A DNA stretch of 64,000 nt from a virus (lineage: Duplodnaviria > Caudoviricetes), in IMG/VR virus record IMGVR_UViG_3300027563_000002, positions 46,041 to 110,040 of that record, one strand, 5' to 3'. The position numbers and the translations under genes are program-made. Every line of letters starts with the position of its first letter. Within the stretch, counting starts at the first letter, position 1. Positions 18,834 to 29,173 of this stretch are shown here, in pieces. The notes under the pieces were generated by a model. The model did no database searches, was not told the origin of the DNA, and saw only the letters and a list, made by a program, of their open reading frames with translations.

Positions 18834-18839
18834 AGTGTA

Positions 18840-19538
18840 CTATTTAGTCGTTTCAATGGCCATGGTCTTTCTTACAATACCCGGCATCACCAGACTCAGC
18901 ATGGTGCCTTCGTTGGGATGATCATGATCCACAAAATAATGGGCTCGAGAGTAGTTGCGGTTTAGAACATAACCAGACGACATGCCAATGGTCAACCATG
19001 CCATCAATGAGCCACAAGGCTGCAGGGTATCTTTTCTTGAGTTCAAAAAATTGGCCAGCATGAGCCGTTGATCATAGGTGTATTTGCGTTCTCTAAAATA
19101 AGTTCTGTACGCATACTTTGATTCCTGCAACTGCACCACACCCACTGGGAGAGAAATTACTGCTTGTCGTACCAGTCGAACCCTGACTCCATCGTTGTCT
19201 AAGTGGATCAATCGATCAGCCAGACCGCGGTGATTGATGTATATACTCACAGTGTTGAAACTGACCACAGTTTTGAACGGTACAGTTTCACTCAACAATA
19301 CCTCACGAGTTTCGCGCAGGGCAGTTTCTTTGGTAATGCTCCAGGCCCGATCAGTCCATCGATCATTCTCAGCCCAGTATTTGGCATTACGGATGGCTGC
19401 TTCAAATCTACCAGGCTCTAAGTTCCGCAGGCAAGCGGCCTCAGAAATGTTGATGGTTATGCACCACTCGTACTGATTGTAGTACAAACTGCTGCGATGA
19501 TCCAGCTCAACTTTATACAACAATGATTCCGTCGGCAT
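18840..19538 (-). CDS. Hypothetical protein
   Basis: 232 aa ORF. Confidence 0.6.
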   Translation of the reverse strand: MPTESLLYKVELDHRSSLYYNQYEWCITINISEAACLRNLEPGRFEAAIRNAKYWAENDRWTDRAWSITKETALRETREVLLSETVPFKTVVSFNTVSIYINHRGLADRLIHLDNDGVRVRLVRQAVISLPVGVVQLQESKYAYRTYFRERKYTYDQRLMLANFLNSRKDTLQPCGSLMAWLTIGMSSGYVLNRNYSRAHYFVDHDHPNEGTMLSLVMPGIVRKTMAIETTK

Positions 19539-21768
19539 TTACAGTGCTCACTTTGTCAAGTTCGATATCAAATTCCACAGCATCCGCCGCCATCACAGCA
19601 GTGATCACACAGTTCTCCAAGCGATCAAACAGCATCCGCTTGCTGAGTGGCACACGTATCAGTTCGTCAATCTTGCGGCTTAAAGGACGTGCGCCCATTT
19701 TTGAGTCGTAGCCTTTGTCTGCCAAGTGGTCAATCACCGGCTCGGTCAATACCAGTCTGATGTTTTTTGTTGTCATGCTGGCCTTGAGCTCGTCCACAAA
19801 CTTCAACACAATCTTCTTGATGGCCAAGGTGTCCAGTTTGTCAAACTTGCAGATACGATCAATACGATTGCGCAGTTCTGGACGGAAGAACTCTTTCATG
19901 GCACGATCTTCTTCACCGGTCTTTTCCATGTTGCCAAAACCAATGTTGTTGGCATCGTTGGCCTGTGCGCCCAGGTTAGACGTCATGATGATGATACAGT
20001 TTTTGACATCTACTCGTTTGCCGTTGGCTGACGTGATATGCCCTTCATCCAGCATCTGCAACAGGATGTTGGTCACATCGCCATGCGCTTTTTCGATCTC
20101 GTCAAACAAGATGATAGCATAGGGATTTTTGCTGATGTCAGAGATCAACTTGCCGCCACCTATGTTGCCATCTTCAAAGCCCACATATCCAGGAGGTGCG
20201 CCAATCAGACTCGACACCGTGTGCTTTTCCTGATACTCACTCATGTCATAGCGCAACAGTTTCATTTCCAAGTGTTCGCTCAGCAGTTTGGCCAGTTCAG
20301 TTTTGCCTGTTCCTGTGGGGCCCAAGAACAAGAAACTGCTGATGGGACGTCGAGCATTGCCAATGCCAGCAAAGTTGATGTACACACGTTCCAGCACCGC
20401 ATCTACCGCTGAATCTTGTCCGTACAGTTTCTGCTTGATATTGCTTTCAAGATCCACAATTTTTGCACTGCGTTCATTTTGCAATCGATCCACAGGCACA
20501 CCGGCCACACGTGATACCTGTGCTTGAATCATTTCTTTTGTGACAGTGACGGTGCCAGCATCTTTCACACGCTCACGTGCGCATGACGCATCCAACAGGT
20601 CAATGGCTTTGTCGGGATTCTTTCTATCGTGAATGTAGCGATTGGCCAGTTCCACTGAAGCCATAATAGCATCAGTGTCGATCATGACATCATGGAATTT
20701 TTCCAGTCTTGGACTCAGGCCAATGAGAATTTTTTCTGTAGTTTCAGTATCAGGCTCATCAATTGAAATACGGTAGAAACGGCGCATCAGCGCACGGTCT
20801 TTCTCAAATGATTCGTAGTACTCTTCCCATGTGGTTGATGCAATCACTTTCAATTGTCCTTTGGTGATTGCAGGTTTCAGCATGTTGGCAAAGTCCAATG
20901 AACTTTGTGACCCTGCACCAGCACCTTTCATGGTGTGTGCTTCGTCAATGAACAAGATACAGTTCTTTTTGGTTTCTAGGGCAGCAATCACGGCCTTGAA
21001 CTTTTCTTCAAACTCACCGCGATACTTTGATCCTGCCAGCAGTGATCCAACTTCAAGACCCCATACTTCGTGGTCTTGTATAAATTTGGGCACACGTCCA
21101 GCCACAATTTCCTGTGCCAAGCCATCCACAATGCAGGTCTTGCCCACACCAGGGTCGCCTACCATCAGCACATTGGCCTTGAAGCGCCGCGCCATCACGG
21201 TGATCATTTCGTGCAGTTCTGTCTGGCGCCCAATTAGTGGTTCCAGCTGATCTGCCTGGGCCTGGGCTGTCAAGTTGGTGCAGTATTCATTGAGTATGTC
21301 ATTGGCCTGATTAGTGTTCATTTTGACTGAGTCAGCCGCTATGTAGTTCTTGCTGTAGAACTCAGAAAACTCAGTTTTCTTCACACCATATTTGAGCAAA
21401 AAATAGTGTGCATGACTGTTGGTCTCGGCCATGATGCTTAGGTACAAATCCAACGTGGTCAAGGTTCTGCGCCCGGTGAACATGACCTGCACATTGGCAC
21501 GATTGAACAGGCGTTCTAGAGTTTGTGTTTTGCGTGGCTGCACTTCGTCACCGGCCTGGACCAGGTTCTTCAAACTGTCAAGATATGCATCAACTTCTTG
21601 GTCCAATTGTTCAACTTCCGCACCAAAACGGTCCAGGGTCTTTTTAAATGCTGCATGCCGGATCAGACTCAACAGCAGGTGTTCTGTGATCACATACTCG
21701 TGATGTTTGTCTCGTGCAATTTTGACTGCTTGATCTACAATATATTCGATTTCGGGATTGTTTTGCAT
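19513..21768 (-). CDS. clpA: Clp protease ATP-binding subunit ClpA
   Basis: Clp-N (EHLLL), Walker A GDPGVGKT and GPTGTGKT, FIDEAH, FDEIEKAH, GARPL; no ClpB-type middle domain. Confidence 0.93.
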   Translation of the reverse strand: MQNNPEIEYIVDQAVKIARDKHHEYVITEHLLLSLIRHAAFKKTLDRFGAEVEQLDQEVDAYLDSLKNLVQAGDEVQPRKTQTLERLFNRANVQVMFTGRRTLTTLDLYLSIMAETNSHAHYFLLKYGVKKTEFSEFYSKNYIAADSVKMNTNQANDILNEYCTNLTAQAQADQLEPLIGRQTELHEMITVMARRFKANVLMVGDPGVGKTCIVDGLAQEIVAGRVPKFIQDHEVWGLEVGSLLAGSKYRGEFEEKFKAVIAALETKKNCILFIDEAHTMKGAGAGSQSSLDFANMLKPAITKGQLKVIASTTWEEYYESFEKDRALMRRFYRISIDEPDTETTEKILIGLSPRLEKFHDVMIDTDAIMASVELANRYIHDRKNPDKAIDLLDASCARERVKDAGTVTVTKEMIQAQVSRVAGVPVDRLQNERSAKIVDLESNIKQKLYGQDSAVDAVLERVYINFAGIGNARRPISSFLFLGPTGTGKTELAKLLSEHLEMKLLRYDMSEYQEKHTVSSLIGAPPGYVGFEDGNIGGGKLISDISKNPYAIILFDEIEKAHGDVTNILLQMLDEGHITSANGKRVDVKNCIIIMTSNLGAQANDANNIGFGNMEKTGEEDRAMKEFFRPELRNRIDRICKFDKLDTLAIKKIVLKFVDELKASMTTKNIRLVLTEPVIDHLADKGYDSKMGARPLSRKIDELIRVPLSKRMLFDRLENCVITAVMAADAVEFDIELDKVSTVNADGIIVV

Positions 21769-21844
21769 CGGGGTCCTTGAGTTGTCCTATGGATTATTAT
21801 ATGAGATTTTGTTATCGACCGCAACCTTGGCTGAGTCAAAATAT

Positions 21845-22612
21845 TTATTTGTGTTGTGTTTGAATGGCCGCCAGCAATTCAGGTGAAATCGAATCTGGCA
21901 CAAAGGCCTGCACTCGCACCAGAATGTCACCGGTTGCGCCGGCTCGATTGGACAATCCTCGACCCCGGAGTCTCAAGGTCACACCAGGCTGACTTCTGGC
22001 AGGTATATTGGCACTCAGCACACTGCCAGTGATGGTGGTGATGTGCAATTCGGTTCCCAGTATCATATCCCAAATGCTCACACGAGTTTCGATTATCAAA
22101 TTGAGATCTTGACGTTGCCACGTTCGGTCTGGTTGCACTCGATACTGTATCACAAGGTCTGAGCCGCCGGGACCAATGCCTTCATAATGCACATTGTCCC
22201 CGTCATTGATACCCAGTGGTATTTCAATTTCCACAGCACTTGTGCCTTGCGCAGTGCCCAGGCTCACAGTGCGTCGGCCACCTGTGGCCACATCGTTCAG
22301 TGTGATGGTCAGGGTCATTCTCACATGACCGCGTGGCCGTTGCTGTTGAGCAAACCCATGCCCAAACATGTTGAATATGTCATTGATGTTGACACTGCCG
22401 TTGAATCCTGAAAACTGTGGTCTGGGGTTGTTGTATTCAGCACGTTTTTGCTCATCACCCAGGGTGGCATAGGCTTCTTGAATGGCCTGAAACTTCTGAG
22501 TATCGCCACCTTTGTCAGGATGATGCTGGCTGGCCAGTCGACGAAACGCCCGTTTGATTTCGTCAGCAGTGGCAGTTCTGGGCACGCCTAGTGCGGCGTA
22601 GTAGTCGGTCAT
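21845..22612 (-). CDS. dnaJ: DnaJ-class co-chaperone (CbpA-like, no Zn finger)
   Basis: [11 protein letters not shown] motif, DnaJ C-terminal domain. Confidence 0.9.
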   Translation of the reverse strand: MTDYYAALGVPRTATADEIKRAFRRLASQHHPDKGGDTQKFQAIQEAYATLGDEQKRAEYNNPRPQFSGFNGSVNINDIFNMFGHGFAQQQRPRGHVRMTLTITLNDVATGGRRTVSLGTAQGTSAVEIEIPLGINDGDNVHYEGIGPGGSDLVIQYRVQPDRTWQRQDLNLIIETRVSIWDMILGTELHITTITGSVLSANIPARSQPGVTLRLRGRGLSNRAGATGDILVRVQAFVPDSISPELLAAIQTQHK

Positions 22613-22662
22613 AAGAAAGGTCCTGTATGTTTAATTATACAGGACCCAGTGGTGGCAGTCAA

Positions 22663-22890
22663 TTACTTCTTTTCAGGAACTTTGGTGCCTTCAAGTTTCT
22701 TGTGTACTTTGATTTTTTTGCAATCTTGTACTGGTTTTTTAGTTTTTGGGTTTACAATGACTTGACCAGCTTTGTTTTTGAGATCTTTGCAAACTTCTTT
22801 GATTTCTGCGGCTGCATGCCCAAGGTTGGCAAACAACAACAGGCTGAGGCCCAGCGCAATGGGCATGAGTGAGTATAGTCGAGTTTTCAT
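22663..22890 (-). CDS. Small secreted basic protein
   Basis: Signal peptide, two Cys, Lys-rich. Confidence 0.6.
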   Translation of the reverse strand: MKTRLYSLMPIALGLSLLLFANLGHAAAEIKEVCKDLKNKAGQVIVNPKTKKPVQDCKKIKVHKKLEGTKVPEKK

Positions 22891-23012
22891 AAGGGATCCT
22901 TGTTTTTAAACGCAGTCATGATCTTGATCTGAATTCTTTTTGCAAACTCAGGTTGTGGAAAATTCCAACCTATGAAGGCTCCTAGCGCCAACCAAAATAG
23001 TGTTTCTAACAT
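22887..23012 (-). CDS. Small membrane protein (41 aa; not in ORF track)
   Basis: MLETLFWLALGAFIGWNFPQP...; AGGAG RBS; fills the gap. Confidence 0.65.
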   Translation of the reverse strand: MLETLFWLALGAFIGWNFPQPEFAKRIQIKIMTAFKNKDPL

Positions 23013-23024
23013 GATTTATCTCCT

Positions 23025-23462
23025 TTAAATTTCTGGATAGTCAGGCTCAGGTGGTGCTTTTTTACCGCCAAATCCTGTGGTGATGGCTGCAGGAGCAGCG
23101 GGTTCAATTTTTGTGCTGCTTGGTGCAGGTGCAAATGTTACCGCTGGAGCAGAGGTTGGCAACGGTGTACCTGACAGTGTGGGATTCACAGCCGCGCCGG
23201 CCAGTTTTTCTTGTGTGCGACCAAATGCCGCAATACCCAGCACCGCACCCATGGCAATGTGGAACAGGCCTGCACCTTGCAAGGTGAGTGGCTGCCACTG
23301 TGTGATTGAGGTATTTTGAAACATCTGCAACAAAGCCCACAGTACCGGGAACACTGCCATGTCCAGAGTACAGATACCCATGTACATCCATCCCATGGCA
23401 GGGCGCCATTTCTTCTGCATCCAATCTTCGTCTTTCTTTTCTGGTTTTTGTTCTTCTGACAT
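23025..23462 (-). CDS. Holin (GTA 3TM-holin-like)
   Basis: WRPAMGW, two TM segments, G..AFGRT.EK. Confidence 0.75.
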   Translation of the reverse strand: MSEEQKPEKKDEDWMQKKWRPAMGWMYMGICTLDMAVFPVLWALLQMFQNTSITQWQPLTLQGAGLFHIAMGAVLGIAAFGRTQEKLAGAAVNPTLSGTPLPTSAPAVTFAPAPSSTKIEPAAPAAITTGFGGKKAPPEPDYPEI

Positions 23463-23546
23463 GTGGGGCTCCTTTTGAATATTTATGTAGTTTGAGGTCA
23501 GATAACTGCTGTGTAATATTTAGGCACTAGGCATTTAAATAATAGC

Positions 23547-23690
23547 ATGGCCCAATCTACCATTGATCAACTGTACAAATTTCTTTCTAATGTCAAACGT
23601 CCTTGTTTGTTTCTTGTGTCAGTGTTCGGCATGTTTCTAGTGATATCTATCATAGTATTGAGTGCTGTGTGGTTTTACGTTCGCCGTTAG
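23547..23690 (+). CDS. 47 aa single-TM protein (not in ORF track)
   Basis: MAQSTIDQLYKFLSNVKRPCLFLVSVFGMFLVISIIVLSAVWFYVRR; TAAATA at 23536-23541. Confidence 0.6.
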   Translation: MAQSTIDQLYKFLSNVKRPCLFLVSVFGMFLVISIIVLSAVWFYVRR

Positions 23691-23693
23691 GGG

Positions 23694-24518
23694 TCAGTCA
23701 CTGGATTCATTCAATTTTTTCTCGCGTTGACGTTGTTCCAAAAACTCTTGATATTCTTGCAATCGTCGTTGACGTTCAAACCACTCTTGTTTTTCCACTG
23801 CTTCTAGTGTGTCTCTGTATCTGGTGTCAGTTACACCACCCCAGCGACGCTGTGCATCATGGGCAATGTACATGAACATGCCCATCATGGCAAATATCAA
23901 CACAATTGATGCAATGCCCAGGGCAATCTCAAATTGATATTTCTGCATGCGTTGGCGTTTGCGATGAGCTCGTTCAAATTCACGGGCCATGAGCACTTTT
24001 TGTTCTTTGCCCATTTCTTTGGTCATACTTTCAACTTCGGTGAATAGCGCACCCAATTCAGGCGGGCTCTGATAAGTCATGAGTTCGCGCAGTTCCTTGC
24101 CCATGGCCTCAAGTTGCTTTTGCATCATCACACGTTTCAGCGCACGTTTGGCCAGACTGTCACCTCCGGAGTACACTTCTGTTTTTGATCGCTTTTCTTC
24201 ATCTTCCAGCACTGCTAGGCACTTGAAATAGTTGTCGTAGTAGGTGCCCAGGGCATCGCCAATTTCGGTGTAGATATTGGTACTTTCTTCACTGCGTCGG
24301 TTGAGTTCGGTGACACGAGTTTTTTCTTCGTTGAGTTGTTTCACAGCCGCTGGTGGCACAGGCTTGCCATCGTACTTTTTGTGAAACTGATCGTCAAGAT
24401 CTCGAAGCACACCTTTGACATCGCCAGCGGCTGATTTGATGTCCTTGTACAGTTGACATCCTTTTTTCACAGCCGCAACAGCCGTGTTGGCCAAGGCAAA
24501 TAGTGTTAGTGGATCCAT
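23694..24518 (-). CDS. Coiled-coil membrane protein
   Basis: 274 aa with one TM helix near the C-terminus. Confidence 0.65.
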   Translation of the reverse strand: MDPLTLFALANTAVAAVKKGCQLYKDIKSAAGDVKGVLRDLDDQFHKKYDGKPVPPAAVKQLNEEKTRVTELNRRSEESTNIYTEIGDALGTYYDNYFKCLAVLEDEEKRSKTEVYSGGDSLAKRALKRVMMQKQLEAMGKELRELMTYQSPPELGALFTEVESMTKEMGKEQKVLMAREFERAHRKRQRMQKYQFEIALGIASIVLIFAMMGMFMYIAHDAQRRWGGVTDTRYRDTLEAVEKQEWFERQRRLQEYQEFLEQRQREKKLNESSD

Positions 24519-24641
24519 TGTTCGTGCTCATGCCACTACGCTGGTGGCTAGAGTATTTAACGGATCCTGGCGCTAGATTAATGCGCCGTTGTAGATAAAA
24601 GTTAACCTTGCCAGGCGCCGCCGGCAACGTTTATTGCCATA

Positions 24642-25256
24642 TTATACTCCCATAATGTGTAAGGCGTGTTCGTAGTGCCGGATACGATCCTCTAATCCAA
24701 TGTATCCGCCATTGATCTTCTTGGTCATTTTCTTGATGTCGCCAGCATCGGCTTCCACATTCAAGTTGTTTGTTTCCCAGAACCAGCAGGCTGATTGTGC
24801 GGCACCTTCGAATGTGCCCAGGTATTCTGCGGCTTCTTCGGGTGAAATTTCCAAGCTGGCAGCAAAGTTTTCATAGTTACTTCGGCCAGTCAACTGGATA
24901 AGTCCACGTCCGCAGTAGCGATATCCGTCCCCAGAGTGTTCGTCGCCGTTGCCCATGCGTGATGCATACACTCGGTTGGCAATCATTTCTGGCCGTTTGG
25001 CATAGGCATTGGCCAACACATCCGTGGGAAAATATTTGGCAAACACTGTGCGCAGACTGGCGGCTTTGTAGTTCAAGTTTTCTTTGATAAATCGAAATCC
25101 ACCTGACTCATGTGCGCACTGTGCTATGAAGGCAGCAATGCGATGGGGTGTGTTGATTTCATAGTCTGGCAGTAACTGATCCAAGGCTTCATACCAATGC
25201 TCAGCATGGGGGATGCCTGGTACCATTTGTTTTAATTGACCAATTGTTAGTTCCAT
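24642..25256 (-). CDS. Glycoside hydrolase family 19 endolysin
   Basis: AAFIAQCAHESGGF, ENLNY, GRGLIQLTG, INGG..GLEDR. Confidence 0.92.
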   Translation of the reverse strand: MELTIGQLKQMVPGIPHAEHWYEALDQLLPDYEINTPHRIAAFIAQCAHESGGFRFIKENLNYKAASLRTVFAKYFPTDVLANAYAKRPEMIANRVYASRMGNGDEHSGDGYRYCGRGLIQLTGRSNYENFAASLEISPEEAAEYLGTFEGAAQSACWFWETNNLNVEADAGDIKKMTKKINGGYIGLEDRIRHYEHALHIMGV

Positions 25257-25266
25257 GGGTGGCTCC

Positions 25267-25527
25267 TTATTTTATGTTGTTGAATATTTGTTGTTGTTTT
25301 TGATACCATTCAATCCAGGCATCTGTTTTGACCGCACACTCATAGTAGGTGCCATAGTTTATTGTCACAGTTTTGGCAACATCACTTAGTTGAGCATCTT
25401 CGGCAATTTTTTGCAATTGTGGACAACGAGACAATGCAAGGCCACTGGGTGCGTCGGGAAATGTGCTTGTGACAGGTACCACAGTGCCACATCCAGTCAA
25501 CAACAATGATAACAGCAAGACTTTCAT
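25267..25527 (-). CDS. Outer-membrane lipoprotein, o-spanin (Rz1-like)
   Basis: MKVLLLSLLLTGC lipobox, Pro/Cys, adjacent to endolysin. Confidence 0.75.
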   Translation of the reverse strand: MKVLLLSLLLTGCGTVVPVTSTFPDAPSGLALSRCPQLQKIAEDAQLSDVAKTVTINYGTYYECAVKTDAWIEWYQKQQQIFNNIK

Positions 25528-26255
25528 CAGCAGTTCCAACGACGACGGGCTTTGCATATGGCCTTGTCAGGAGTCTTGGCACAACTGATGCTGTGCATTT
25601 TCATTTGTCCACGACTGCGGCTGCAATAACTTTTTCTACGCTTGGATGCCTTACTACCACGTTTGAGTTTTGAGGGTTTGGTAGTCACAGCAGTTTTTAA
25701 TTTTGAGCCAGGATTTTCTCTACGGTAAGCATTCACAGCCTTTTGACTCATGCCTGCAGTACGATCACGCTTGTTGGCTTTTTGCCAATCTTCTGTTACA
25801 CCTTGCTGACTGTACATATCCATTAGTTGTCGAACATAAAAATTATAAAAACCACGACGGCCGTTGTATTCTCTGTTTCCCAGCACAGTTTTTAGTGCGG
25901 CTACAGCATCATTTGATTCTGAACCCTGCATTATTTTTAATGCGTCAGTGACCAGCGAATCAACTTGTTGTGTGTTTTCCGCTATGTCTTGTGATTCCAT
26001 AATGGGCTCTGACGTCACAGCAAAAGCATACAGTTCATCTTCTGTGAGTGTTTCCAAATCCTCCCAGATCACTTCAGCATCCACACCGTTGTGCTCGGCC
26101 AGGCGTTCAATGATTGATTCAATAAGATCAAACTCTTGCTCAAGCTCTGCGCTTTCGTTCTTGGGCTTCTTGCCGGCTTTTTTCATGGCAATGGCAATGG
26201 CCGCTTGCTGCGGATGTGCCGACTTGGCTTCTGTTACAATTTCAGTTATTTTCAT
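25527..26255 (-). CDS. Putative head-internal modular protein with basic Cys-containing C-terminal domain
   Basis: MKITEIVTE; DIAE and GVTE junctions; ends RRKSYCSR...KARRRWNC. Confidence 0.65.
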   Translation of the reverse strand: MKITEIVTEAKSAHPQQAAIAIAMKKAGKKPKNESAELEQEFDLIESIIERLAEHNGVDAEVIWEDLETLTEDELYAFAVTSEPIMESQDIAENTQQVDSLVTDALKIMQGSESNDAVAALKTVLGNREYNGRRGFYNFYVRQLMDMYSQQGVTEDWQKANKRDRTAGMSQKAVNAYRRENPGSKLKTAVTTKPSKLKRGSKASKRRKSYCSRSRGQMKMHSISCAKTPDKAICKARRRWNC

Positions 26256-26698
26256 TTGGGCGCCTCTGCTGCATCATTGATGGCTTTGACAAACTCTCGA
26301 GGAAGTTCGCATTGCGCACCAGGTGCAAATTTTGTATCGTATTTTATCACTTCACGGTCAACATATTTCACAATGTCTTCGCCGCGTGTTCGAATCACCT
26401 GGGTCTTGGTCACAACCCGGGTCTTCACAGTTTCATTGACTTTTTGTGATTCGGCCTTTGCTTCTGCAACTTTTTGTTCCATTTTGGCCACACGCTCGCG
26501 CCATTCCATTTCAATGCTGAGACCACCTCGAAAATACACGCCAGCAACCAACAGTGCGATGCCCAGGACTTGTGTGGGCGTTCGATATTGGGCCAGCAAC
26601 GGCAAAAAAGAAATGGTGGTGGTCACTATGCCGGCCAGCAACAATGCCGTAGTCACAAACAAAATTAAAGATTCGGGTAAGAAGTGCAAGATCCACAT
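26252..26698 (-). CDS. i-spanin (Rz-like)
   Basis: N-terminal TM helices, coiled coil, C-terminal Cys; TAAATA 5 nt upstream of ATG 26698. Confidence 0.7.
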   Translation of the reverse strand: MWILHFLPESLILFVTTALLLAGIVTTTISFLPLLAQYRTPTQVLGIALLVAGVYFRGGLSIEMEWRERVAKMEQKVAEAKAESQKVNETVKTRVVTKTQVIRTRGEDIVKYVDREVIKYDTKFAPGAQCELPREFVKAINDAAEAPK

Positions 26699-26775
26699 GC
26701 TGTTATTTAGTTGCTGTATCAAACATCCGCTGCTGGAAATGCCTGCTGCGGCCGGGCAAAACTATAAGTACAGCT

Positions 26776-27918
26776 ATGAATGTATTGATTTTGACTCCTG
26801 ATCGCACCGGAAGTTCTTTGTTGTTGAATTTGATCACTATCTATATGCAATTTCATGAATATGATCATCCAGTGCTGTCATATTATGATTTAGGCTATGG
26901 ATTGGTCAAATACTATAGTGATGTCTTCAACAATGAAGTTTTAGACAGTGCAAGGCAGTTTGATGATTGTGATCAAACGCTGCCAGAAATACGTGATCTT
27001 TTGAAATCAGTTTATCATTATAAAACCAGCAGACTTAGTTTTGCCACTATTCAACGACGCCAAGACAGTGTGGCTGATCAAATGAAATTTTATCAGTATC
27101 TGAATGAAAATTTTTTTATTATCAGCGCAAGGCGGGAAAATTTATTTGAACACGCATTAAGTTCGTGCATAAAAATTCACACCAAACTCGGTAACGCATC
27201 TGATCCGCATCAAAAATTCAACCTATTTGCAGATGTTTATAAAAACAAAATACTGATCAGTAAAGAAAATATCCACAAACATCTTGACCAGTACCAACAA
27301 TATTTAAAATGGTGCAATGATCATTTTGATATTGGCAGTTATTTTTATTACGATAAAAATATTTCAAACATTGAACAGTACATACTGCAACTCCCAATTT
27401 TTGACAACCAGCGTCAAAAAATTTCTTGGAAAAATAAGTTTGATATTGAATTCAATGAATGGAACAAGGTCAATTATCTGATCAGTGATCTGAGTGGCTT
27501 GAGTCAGCAATTGTTATTGACTAACACTGATACACCACCGTTGACCGATCATGGTGAAAATATACCTAAGTGGCAGTTGTCAGTGACTGAAAATCACAAA
27601 AAGATTGTGTCAAGTCTAAATCAAACAGATGTTGAATTTTTAAAAAAACACGCTAGAAAATTTGTGCAGGCCAACAATAACCTAGATGAATTGATGGACT
27701 ACAAGATACTAGAAAGACCCATGCAGGTCAAACTGCAGACCATGATCGAAAAGAAGCTGAGTATCAAAAACTTTGATCAATGTGTAGAATGGTATAATGA
27801 ATGGGTCACTGCCAACAATTTTGGCCAAATCTATTCAGAGGACACTGCTTATCAATCCGAAATCAACGAACTCAAAAGTTGGCATGCGGCCAATATTTTA
27901 GAATATCATCAGCAATGA
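26776..27918 (+). CDS. Sulfotransferase-like protein (paralog 1)
   Basis: LTPDRTGSSLL and RRENLFEHALS resemble Stf0-type PAPS-binding motifs. Confidence 0.55.
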   Translation: MNVLILTPDRTGSSLLLNLITIYMQFHEYDHPVLSYYDLGYGLVKYYSDVFNNEVLDSARQFDDCDQTLPEIRDLLKSVYHYKTSRLSFATIQRRQDSVADQMKFYQYLNENFFIISARRENLFEHALSSCIKIHTKLGNASDPHQKFNLFADVYKNKILISKENIHKHLDQYQQYLKWCNDHFDIGSYFYYDKNISNIEQYILQLPIFDNQRQKISWKNKFDIEFNEWNKVNYLISDLSGLSQQLLLTNTDTPPLTDHGENIPKWQLSVTENHKKIVSSLNQTDVEFLKKHARKFVQANNNLDELMDYKILERPMQVKLQTMIEKKLSIKNFDQCVEWYNEWVTANNFGQIYSEDTAYQSEINELKSWHAANILEYHQQ

Positions 27919-27928
27919 TACCTACTTA

Positions 27929-29173
27929 ATGAACGTTCTAATTCTCACGCCAGATGCAGTAGGCAGCACTTTATTGCAACGCATGTTGACCATTTACATG
28001 CAATTTCATAATTTTGGCCGTCCTGTTATTAACCTACACGAACTGACCAATGGGCTTGCTAGATACTACAGCCCCGAATTCAATCAAGAATTGGTCAGTA
28101 AACATGCCTTAAAAAAATGGGGATATCATCAGTCACTGGAACAAGTGGTTGAGGTGTTGAGCAGTGTTGATCATTACAAAACATCAAGACTTGCACACTA
28201 CCATATTGTTCAACGCGGGGACTCCCAGGCTCAACAAATTCCATTTTACAATTATCTCAATGAGAATTTTTTCATAATTGCCTGCCGGCGTGAGAACGTG
28301 TTCGAGCATGCTGTTAGCATGACTCTCAATACTGTGACAAAGAAACTCAATGTGTACAATGTGTATGAAAAAGTAGACACTTTTTATGACATGTACAAAT
28401 CCGGGGTGGTATTAGATGCGGCAGTATTTGAGCGTAAGTTGGACGCATACAAGAAATATGTGATCTGGAGCGAACAGCATTTTGATATTGGTGCATATTT
28501 CAATTACGAAAAAGATGTGCCAAGACTTGAACAATACATCCTAAACCTGCCGGTATTTGCTGCACAGAACAATCTTGTGACCTGGGATCAAAATTTTGGG
28601 ATTAGTTTCAATGACTGGAATCAAGTCCACTATATCCGCAGTGACCCGGCTGCACTGACGTGCATGCCCAGTCAGACCAGTGAAAAATTGTTGTTGACCA
28701 TTGCAGACCCAGTGACCGAGTACCAACAACACAGTCGATTCGAAATGCCCGCTGTTAATTCAGCAGCGGACCTGGCGGCCTTGCCCCCGGATGTGGCCGA
28801 AACCTGGGCTAGTGACACAGTCAGTCGCATAGGACTAGTGCCTTTTCTTAACAGAGACTATCAACTAAGACTAAAGAAATATCAAGCTGGCTACGAAAAG
28901 GCGCAGGCCACAATAGAGCAAATGAAGCAATTGGGCATAATATTCACTGGTCCACCCATTAAAAAACAAACCCTAGGTGACAAACACCGAATAATTAAAA
29001 ATTTCGACGAATTGATCCAAGTCTATAATCAATGGCATGAGATCAATCCCGAATTTGGCCAGGCCATGAGCAGTGAAATCATGCAGAGTCAGATATCGCA
29101 AGAATATGACTTTTGGCATTCAATTACTAATTCAGCAGATTCTGCACCTGCTTTGCCACCCAGTCAGCAGTGA
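27929..29173 (+). CDS. Sulfotransferase-like protein (paralog 2)
   Basis: LTPDAVGSTLL and RRENVFEHAVS; clearly homologous to the upstream gene. Confidence 0.55.
   Translation: MNVLILTPDAVGSTLLQRMLTIYMQFHNFGRPVINLHELTNGLARYYSPEFNQELVSKHALKKWGYHQSLEQVVEVLSSVDHYKTSRLAHYHIVQRGDSQAQQIPFYNYLNENFFIIACRRENVFEHAVSMTLNTVTKKLNVYNVYEKVDTFYDMYKSGVVLDAAVFERKLDAYKKYVIWSEQHFDIGAYFNYEKDVPRLEQYILNLPVFAAQNNLVTWDQNFGISFNDWNQVHYIRSDPAALTCMPSQTSEKLLLTIADPVTEYQQHSRFEMPAVNSAADLAALPPDVAETWASDTVSRIGLVPFLNRDYQLRLKKYQAGYEKAQATIEQMKQLGIIFTGPPIKKQTLGDKHRIIKNFDELIQVYNQWHEINPEFGQAMSSEIMQSQISQEYDFWHSITNSADSAPALPPSQQ

Noticed and set aside
28788-28801. DVAE in the sulfotransferase paralog as another cassette junction
   Set aside because: Uses GCC rather than GCG, and the protein lacks a capsid-targeting-like leader; probably chance
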